DNA of 64,000 nucleotides from Bacteroidales bacterium. GTDB taxonomy: Bacteria; Bacteroidota; Bacteroidia; Bacteroidales; P3. How positions within the stretch are numbered: position 1 is the stretch's first letter; each line of letters starts with the position of its first letter. Location of the stretch: positions 32,396 to 96,395 of the forward strand of contig JAGBJI010000010.1 in assembly GCA_017934545.1 (NCBI GenBank). Direction: 5' to 3'. Below, piece by piece: positions 58,217 through 64,000 of the stretch. The position numbers were made by a program, and so were the translations under genes. The notes under the pieces were generated by a model. The model ran no database searches. It was not told where the DNA came from and saw only the letters and a program-made list of their open reading frames with translations.

Positions 58217-59239
58217 TTATTCGTAAATATCACTTCCCTGCGATACTTTGTCCTGTCCCTGAACTATAATCTTATCCTGTGACAACAAACCGCCCGTTAC
58301 CTGAACTCCTTTTGCAACATTGCCACCCAAAGTTATGTATTGTTTCTTTGCTTTTGAGTTCTCCACTTTCCAAACAAACGGTTTATTGTCCCAATCTATC
58401 TGAACAATGTCGCAAGGCAGGATAATAACGTCCTGCTGTTCGCTTTCGCTAAGATAAACATCGCAAAGCATACCCGGAAGTAAGGCTTTGTCAGAATTAT
58501 TTACTAATATCTTTACTTCATAAGTACGTGAAAATCTGTCAGCATTAATTCCTTTTTCCGTAATTCTGCCGTTAAACAGTCTGTCACCCAATGCCGCAAC
58601 TTTTATCTTCACATTCTGCCCGACTTTTACGCTGTTTATCTCCTCTTCGGGTAAAGATATTTTGATTTTTACGTTGTTTATTTTAACTAATTTCAATATC
58701 GGAGCATTAGGTGCAAGATTCTCTCCCTGCTGTGCGTACTTCTTTGCAACATAGCCCGAAAACTGTGCATACATTTTAGCATCTTTGAGGGTTTTCATGG
58801 ATATTTGTTCCGAGGAAGTGGCTTGTTGCAATTTGGAAGTTACTTCCTGCCACTGTATATCGGCCAAAGAGCCGCTGTCTTTCAACGTTTTCAAACGGTT
58901 ATATGCGTCTTCGGCCTGGTCTTTCAACGCCTGACTGGCTGAATGTAAGTTTTTGAAATTCTCTTCATCCACTTGGGCGAGCAACTGTCCCTGACTGACA
59001 AACTGTCCTTCCGAAACATAGACTTTTTCCAACTTTCCGCCCGAAAAGAAACTCAAAATAACGCCCTCATCCTCCTCAACAACACCGTTGTACGAGTTTT
59101 AGGCGGAATAATTAAGCATCTCAACCGCTTGGGTCTTTACTTTAACCTTTTGATTTGTGTTTTTACCGTTTTCCTTTTGCGAACAACCTAATGCAAGCAC
59201 CGCAATAAGAGTTGCAATAATGATTTTGTTTATTTTCAT
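58217..59239 (-). pseudogene. RND periplasmic adaptor (membrane fusion protein) gene with an in-frame TAA stop at codon 47
   Basis: ATG 59239 gives lipoprotein signal MKINKIIIATLIAVLALGCS...AVEMLNYSA*. TAA is at 59101-59099 (minus). The same frame continues NSYNGVVEEDEGVILSFFSGGKLEKVYVSEGQ... into ORF 58217-59056. Confidence 0.75.
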
Positions 59240-59410
59240 TGTGATACAATTTTATTATTTTCAAAGACTGTGCAAATTTCTCCATTTTCCACAACAGCGA
59301 AGTGGTCAAAATTCGCCTTAAATTGTGAATACACTCTTCGCATAGGTCATTTTATCCCACTTTTACCACACTTGGAGATATTTTGACCACTTTGCAAAAG
59401 ATTATTGCCG

Positions 59411-59418
59411 TAATTTTG
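59411..59418 (+). promoter_or_regulatory. -7 box (TAATTTTG) upstream of the AraC-family gene
   Basis: TAnnTTTG match about 22 nt upstream of ATG 59440. Confidence 0.45.
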
Positions 59419-59439
59419 CAACCATAAACAGTACAAGCC

Positions 59440-60327
59440 ATGCAAAAAGTAAGTTTAAAAGATTTTTCTTCTGTAGAAAACATTGATTACAACAACGGAG
59501 ATATTTTGATAATGTCCGACATCAGTGAATTGCCGAGAAAAGACAAGGAACTGTTGTTGGACATGGTCACGGTGGTTATATGCTGGCAAGGTCAGATAAG
59601 CGTAAGTATTGAGGGACGGCTGCACCATCTGACTGCAAACAAAGTCCTTATCCTTTCGCCCAATACCTTTGTTGACTCTTATCTGGCAAGCGACGATGCC
59701 GACGTTACGCTTCTGTGTTTTTCGCTGCAACCTTTGGAAAACAACTTAATGCTTAACAAGACCATGATACGTTCACGTTTGTTTATCAAGCAACATCCCG
59801 TGCTGGAAATCACCGACGATTACCGCGAAGAGATGTCTTTGTTTTACTCCATAGTACCTGTGATAAAGGGCAAAGAGAAGAAAAAATACTACAAAGAAAT
59901 TGTGGAGAGTTTGCTTGGTTGTTTGGCATACATGTATCTGTCAATTGTTGAACAACAAATGGAGGGAATGATTGCCAACGACAGCATTGCCGATAAGCAA
60001 GAGTTGTTGTTTGCCGATTTTTTAGACCTTTTGGACAAACACCAAGGCAAACTGCGGAAAATAAACGACATTGCGTCCCTGTTGAACATATCGCCAAAAT
60101 ATCTTTCTTCGTCAATAAAAAAAGCAAGCGGCAAAAATGCACAATATTGGGTGCATATGACGTGTATCAAAGCCATACAACACAAATTGAAATATTCAAA
60201 TAAATCCATCAAAGAGATTTCCTTTGAAATGGGATTCCCTGATTTGTCGTTTTTCGGCAAGTTTTTCAAAACCCAGACGGGCATGTCGCCCAAAGAGTAC
60301 CGTCAAAAATTGGTTCAAACGCCCTGA
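59440..60327 (+). CDS. AraC-family transcriptional regulator
   Basis: C-terminal dual HTH (...IASLLNISPKYLSSSIKK.SG......W......I...LKYSNKSIKEISFEMGF.DLSFFGKFFK..TGMSPKEYR). Confidence 0.85.
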   Translation: MQKVSLKDFSSVENIDYNNGDILIMSDISELPRKDKELLLDMVTVVICWQGQISVSIEGRLHHLTANKVLILSPNTFVDSYLASDDADVTLLCFSLQPLENNLMLNKTMIRSRLFIKQHPVLEITDDYREEMSLFYSIVPVIKGKEKKKYYKEIVESLLGCLAYMYLSIVEQQMEGMIANDSIADKQELLFADFLDLLDKHQGKLRKINDIASLLNISPKYLSSSIKKASGKNAQYWVHMTCIKAIQHKLKYSNKSIKEISFEMGFPDLSFFGKFFKTQTGMSPKEYRQKLVQTP

Positions 60328-60359
60328 ACGGTTTTATGTAACAAGCATTTGAAACATTG

Positions 60360-60478
60360 TTTTCTGAAAAGAAAATAAAAAAACATATGTATTTTTTCAA
60401 AAAAACATATGAATTTTAATCAAAAAACATATGTTTTTTCTTTCAAAAACATATGTTTTTTTTTATGTGTTTTCTGAA
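60360..60478. repeat. Intergenic phased CATATG element, copy C
   Basis: CATATG at 60384, 60406, 60428 and 60450 (22-bp spacing). Arms TTTCTGAAAAG ... TTTTCTGAA. Confidence 0.85.
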
Positions 60479-60575
60479 TCTACCGTCTTAAAGACCGTGT
60501 CTGTACGGCAGGACAATGTCTTTTGATAAACAAAAACATGTAAGGAAGGAAGTTGATTAATTAAAATAATTGATA

Positions 60576-60583
60576 TAATTTTG
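60576..60583 (+). promoter_or_regulatory. -7 box (TAATTTTG) upstream of ansA
   Basis: TAnnTTTG match about 37 nt upstream of ATG 60621. Confidence 0.5.
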
Positions 60584-60620
60584 CGTTATCAAATTGTTAT
60601 CAAAAAACAAATGCAATGCA

Positions 60621-61628
60621 ATGAAGAATATCCTTGTCATCTATACGGGAGGAACCATAGGAATGGTCAAAGACGCCAAAACGGGTGCGTTGTGTCCTTT
60701 TGACATGCACAAAATATATGAAGTGCTTCCCGTTTTGAAAAAAATCAACTGCAATATTGAAACCTATCAATGCAATCCCGTCATTGACTCGTCGGACATG
60801 AACGCTGACAAATGGCTGTTGTTTGCTTCGCTTATCAAACAAAACTACTCCCGCTATGACGGTTTTGTCATCCTGCACGGCACCGACACCATGTCTTATA
60901 CGGCTTCGGCGTTGAGTTTTCTTTTGAAAAACCTTGCCAAACCCGTTATCATCACAGGCAGTCAACTGCCTTTAGGCATGATACGCACTGACGGCAGGGA
61001 CAATATAATATCGGCAGTTGAAATAGCCTCAAACGACAGCGTTGCAATACCCGAAGTCTGCATTTTCTTTGATAACAAACTGTACCGCGGCAACCGCACT
61101 ACTAAAATCAATGCTGAATATTTCGAAGCCTTTTATTCAGGCAACCTGCCTTCGTTGGCAAAGGTGGGCATCAATATATCGTACAAACAACATCTTATCC
61201 TGCCTGTACCCGACAAAGAGTTTAAAGTCTACGACCGTTTGTGCAGGGATGTCATCATAATGAAAATACACCCCGCTATAAGCAAACAATATTTGGACGC
61301 AGTGGGCAACATACCTGAACTGAAAGGCGTGGTGATGGAAACTTACGGCTCGGGCAACGCCCCTACAAAAGATTTTTTCCTTCAGGGAATAAAAAACATG
61401 ATAGACAAAGGCATTACGGTGATGAACGTAACGCAGTGCAAGGCAGGCAGCGTGGAGATGGGACACTATCAGGCAAGTTGCGATTTGCGTGACATGGGCG
61501 TTATAAGCGGCAAAGACATAACCACCGAAGCGGCACTTGCCAAGATGATGTTTGTCTTGGGCAATTTTGATGACAAAGACAAACAAAAAGAACTGTTGAA
61601 CGGCAACTTAAGGGGCGAGATTTCCTAA
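60621..61628 (+). CDS. ansA: Type I L-asparaginase
   Basis: Start MKNILVIYTGGTIGM (catalytic Thr motif). HGTDTM second motif. Confidence 0.9.
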   Translation: MKNILVIYTGGTIGMVKDAKTGALCPFDMHKIYEVLPVLKKINCNIETYQCNPVIDSSDMNADKWLLFASLIKQNYSRYDGFVILHGTDTMSYTASALSFLLKNLAKPVIITGSQLPLGMIRTDGRDNIISAVEIASNDSVAIPEVCIFFDNKLYRGNRTTKINAEYFEAFYSGNLPSLAKVGINISYKQHLILPVPDKEFKVYDRLCRDVIIMKIHPAISKQYLDAVGNIPELKGVVMETYGSGNAPTKDFFLQGIKNMIDKGITVMNVTQCKAGSVEMGHYQASCDLRDMGVISGKDITTEAALAKMMFVLGNFDDKDKQKELLNGNLRGEIS

Positions 61629-61673
61629 CCCTCTGCCCTCAAAGCATTATCTGCACAAATACAAACAAGGACT

Positions 61674-62666
61674 ATGGATTACAAAGCAATATTTGAAAAG
61701 TTTAACAAACTGAACATCCTTATCATAGGGGACGTAATGATTGACTCTTATCAGTGGGGAAAAGTGGAAAGAATATCACCCGAAGCCCCCGTTCCCATTT
61801 GTTCGGTTTCGCATATTGAACACAGATTGGGCGGAGCGGGCAACGTGGCTTTAAACATATTGGCTATGGGTGCTTGTCCCGTACTTTGCAGCGTTGCGGG
61901 CAAAGACAACAACGGTGAAATACTTTTAAATTTGCTTGAATCGCACCGTATGGACACATCGGGTATAATACTGTCCGAACTGCGTCCTACAACCATTAAG
62001 ACAAGAATTATAGGCAACAACGCGCAGATGCTCCGCATTGACAAAGAATCTACAGATGTTCTTTCCAAAGAAGAAGAAAATGCTTTGGCAGAGAGGATAA
62101 CCAAGATTATGACGGACAAAAAAATAGACGCAGTCATATTCCAAGACTATGACAAGGGGGTTATAACCGAAAAAATCATCAAACACACCGTCCGTCTTGC
62201 CAAAGAAAAAAACATACCGACCACCGTTGACCCTAAACACCGCAATTTTTCCTTGTACAAAGGCGTTTCGCTGTTCAAACCCAACCTTAAAGAATTGAAA
62301 GAAGGTCTGAAAATAGAGTTTGCAAAGCCCACTTCGGACAATCTTTCCGATGCTTCGCTGCTGTTGCACGGCAAACAAAACATTGAAAGGGTGTTTATAA
62401 CCTTAAGCGAATACGGAGTGTTTATTGCAGATTATGCAAACGGTGCGGCAAAAACATTTTTGCTGCCCGCACATTTACGCAAGATTGCCGATGTAAGCGG
62501 AGCGGGCGACACGGTGATAAGCGTTGCCACTCTTTGTTTGGCATTGAACCTGCCGTCCGTTGACATTGCAAAGATAAGCAACCTTGCAGGAGGCTTGGTT
62601 TGTGAGAGTGTAGGTGTAAACCCTGTGGACAAAGAACGGCTGTACAAAGAAGTTATCTCGTTGTAA
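61674..62666 (+). CDS. PfkB-family sugar kinase, RfaE/HldE domain-I-like (heptose-7-phosphate kinase)
   Basis: ILIIGDVMIDSY..G.V.RISPEAPVP...RLGGAGNVA and C-terminal DVSGAGDTV motif. Confidence 0.75.
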   Translation: MDYKAIFEKFNKLNILIIGDVMIDSYQWGKVERISPEAPVPICSVSHIEHRLGGAGNVALNILAMGACPVLCSVAGKDNNGEILLNLLESHRMDTSGIILSELRPTTIKTRIIGNNAQMLRIDKESTDVLSKEEENALAERITKIMTDKKIDAVIFQDYDKGVITEKIIKHTVRLAKEKNIPTTVDPKHRNFSLYKGVSLFKPNLKELKEGLKIEFAKPTSDNLSDASLLLHGKQNIERVFITLSEYGVFIADYANGAAKTFLLPAHLRKIADVSGAGDTVISVATLCLALNLPSVDIAKISNLAGGLVCESVGVNPVDKERLYKEVISL

Positions 62667-62693
62667 TCAACATTTGAGGGCGTTATTTTGTCT

Positions 62694-63824
62694 TTACAAC
62701 GCCTTGTATACTTTTCCCGGTTTGGCAATAACGCAATCCGACAGTTCCAAATTAAGCAAAGCGGCTGACAATTCGTTATAAGGCATGGATGTTTTCGCCA
62801 AAAGCGTGTCCACATCTGTTTCCCCCGCTTGTTTTATGGCATAATATACTTGCTTTTCCGCCCCTTTCAACCCCGAGCCTTTGTCTTCAACCACAGGCTT
62901 TGCGGTTTTTTCGCTCTCGGTTTCGTTCCATGACATAAGTTTGGCTATACTTGACACATCGGAAAGTATATGGGCGCGGTTGGATTCTATAAGGAAGTTG
63001 CAACCCTGCGAATTTGCATCGCCCAATCGTCCCGGCAACGCCATCACTTCGCGGTTGTAATCGTTTGCCAACCGTGCCGTAAGCAATGCACCGCCCGTTT
63101 TGGAGGCTTCAACGACGATAACCACATCGCTCAAACCTGCAATGATTCGGTTGCGTGCAGGAAAAAACGACGGAAAAGGCGTGGTACCGGTAAAATATTC
63201 CGTAACCAATCCTCCCTGCATTTCACACATCTGCCGTGCAAGCTCAAAATGTGCGGCGGGATACACTCTGTCCAACCCGTGAGCCAACACGCCGAACGTC
63301 GGAATGTTTCTTGCTATACATGCTCTGTGGGCTGCGGAATCTATACCGTAAGCCAAGCCCGATATAACGCTCACACCGTATTTCTGTAACTCGTTGACAA
63401 TGGTTTCCGTCATTATACGACCGTAATCGCTGCAACGCCTTGAACCCACTATTGCCGCAGTTCTTTTAGCTTCTACGTTGCCCTGCCCCTGTACGAACAG
63501 ACATACGGGTTTGTCAGGTATCTCTTTGAGGCGGGAAGGATAGTTTCCGTCGGTGAAAAAATAAGACTCAATGCCGTACTTCTGCATAAAGTCAATCTCT
63601 TTTTCGCATATACCGAACATTTTGCGTGAAACAATATCCCTGATAGTCTTTTCTTTGTTTCGGAATATTATCCTAAGGTTTGCTTCTTTCTCTTCAAACA
63701 ACGCTCTTGCACTGCCTAAATTTTTTACAATCTCCTGTGCAGTACGCGTACCTATGCCCGAAACTTTTGTAAGTGCAAGTTGATAAACGTCAACCATGTT
63801 CAGATGCTGTTGATTGTTTGCCAT
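62694..63824 (-). CDS. dprA: DNA-processing protein DprA
   Basis: [10 protein letters not shown]......L......[17 protein letters not shown] and SGALLTA motifs. The alternative start MVDVY at 63797 would remove the overlap with maf. Confidence 0.88.
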   Translation of the reverse strand: MANNQQHLNMVDVYQLALTKVSGIGTRTAQEIVKNLGSARALFEEKEANLRIIFRNKEKTIRDIVSRKMFGICEKEIDFMQKYGIESYFFTDGNYPSRLKEIPDKPVCLFVQGQGNVEAKRTAAIVGSRRCSDYGRIMTETIVNELQKYGVSVISGLAYGIDSAAHRACIARNIPTFGVLAHGLDRVYPAAHFELARQMCEMQGGLVTEYFTGTTPFPSFFPARNRIIAGLSDVVIVVEASKTGGALLTARLANDYNREVMALPGRLGDANSQGCNFLIESNRAHILSDVSSIAKLMSWNETESEKTAKPVVEDKGSGLKGAEKQVYYAIKQAGETDVDTLLAKTSMPYNELSAALLNLELSDCVIAKPGKVYKAL

Positions 63825-64000
63825 ACCTTGCAGGCTGGCAACCCCATTACATTGTAATAATCACCCTCTATTTTATAAATACCTGCCATGCCTATCCATT
63901 CCTGTATTCCGTACGAGCCGGCCTTGTCAAAAGGACGTTTGGTGCGGATGTAATACTCTATATCCTCGTCTGTCAACTCTCTGAAGTACACTTGGGTGAT
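63800..64000 (-). CDS. maf: Maf-family nucleoside triphosphate pyrophosphatase, C-terminal part (5' end outside the window)
   Basis: The frame is open to base 64000. ...IEYYI....[10 protein letters not shown].........[12 protein letters not shown] is the Maf C-terminus. Confidence 0.85.
   Translation of the reverse strand: MTQVYFRELTDEDIEYYIRTKRPFDKAGSYGIQEWIGMAGIYKIEGDYYNVMGLPACKVWQTINSI

Noticed and set aside
1-64000. rRNA, tRNA or tmRNA genes
   Set aside because: Inspection of intergenic regions found no cloverleaf-like GC-rich ~75-nt segments or rRNA-like conserved blocks. A tRNAscan/Infernal run would be needed to be definitive.

Overview
Bacteroidales-type chromosomal segment, judged from TAnnTTTG -7 promoter boxes, a PorX response regulator, a T9SS C-terminal sorting domain and lipoprotein-rich ORFs. 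Bases 1-31,000 and 55,260-64,000 are mostly housekeeping: mnmG, nifJ/PFOR, glyA, dut, aroC, lpxH, gcvT, porX, tsaE, glnS, mscL, ansA, dprA and maf, plus two small toxin-antitoxin cassettes. The main structural event is a ~24.2 kb NBU-like integrative mobilizable element (31,028-55,259). It is bounded by a perfect 15-bp direct repeat and has split an RND efflux pump gene. The flanking MFP-RND-TolC operon carries a second lesion, an in-frame stop in the MFP gene. The element backbone (integrase, HTH proteins, DUF3987-like protein, primase-like protein, MobC, relaxase) carries a defence cargo. The cargo includes AbiEi/AbiEii and a complete type I R-M operon (HTH-hsdR-hsdM-Abi_C-hsdS). It also includes an hsdS shufflon with four inverted/direct recombination cores, a frameshifted recombinase and a YhcG nuclease. 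G/C homopolymers of 9-10 nt lie in hsdR, hsdM and a silent hsdS cassette. Between AbiE and the shufflon lies an AT-rich module whose 423-aa product has the hallmarks of a proteasome-beta/HslV-type Thr-nucleophile hydrolase with a large insertion. I consider this the best candidate for an undescribed defence system. The host backbone also contains an unusual family of intergenic elements built from 22-bp-phased A-tract/palindrome/T-tract units. No rRNA, tRNA or CRISPR array was seen.
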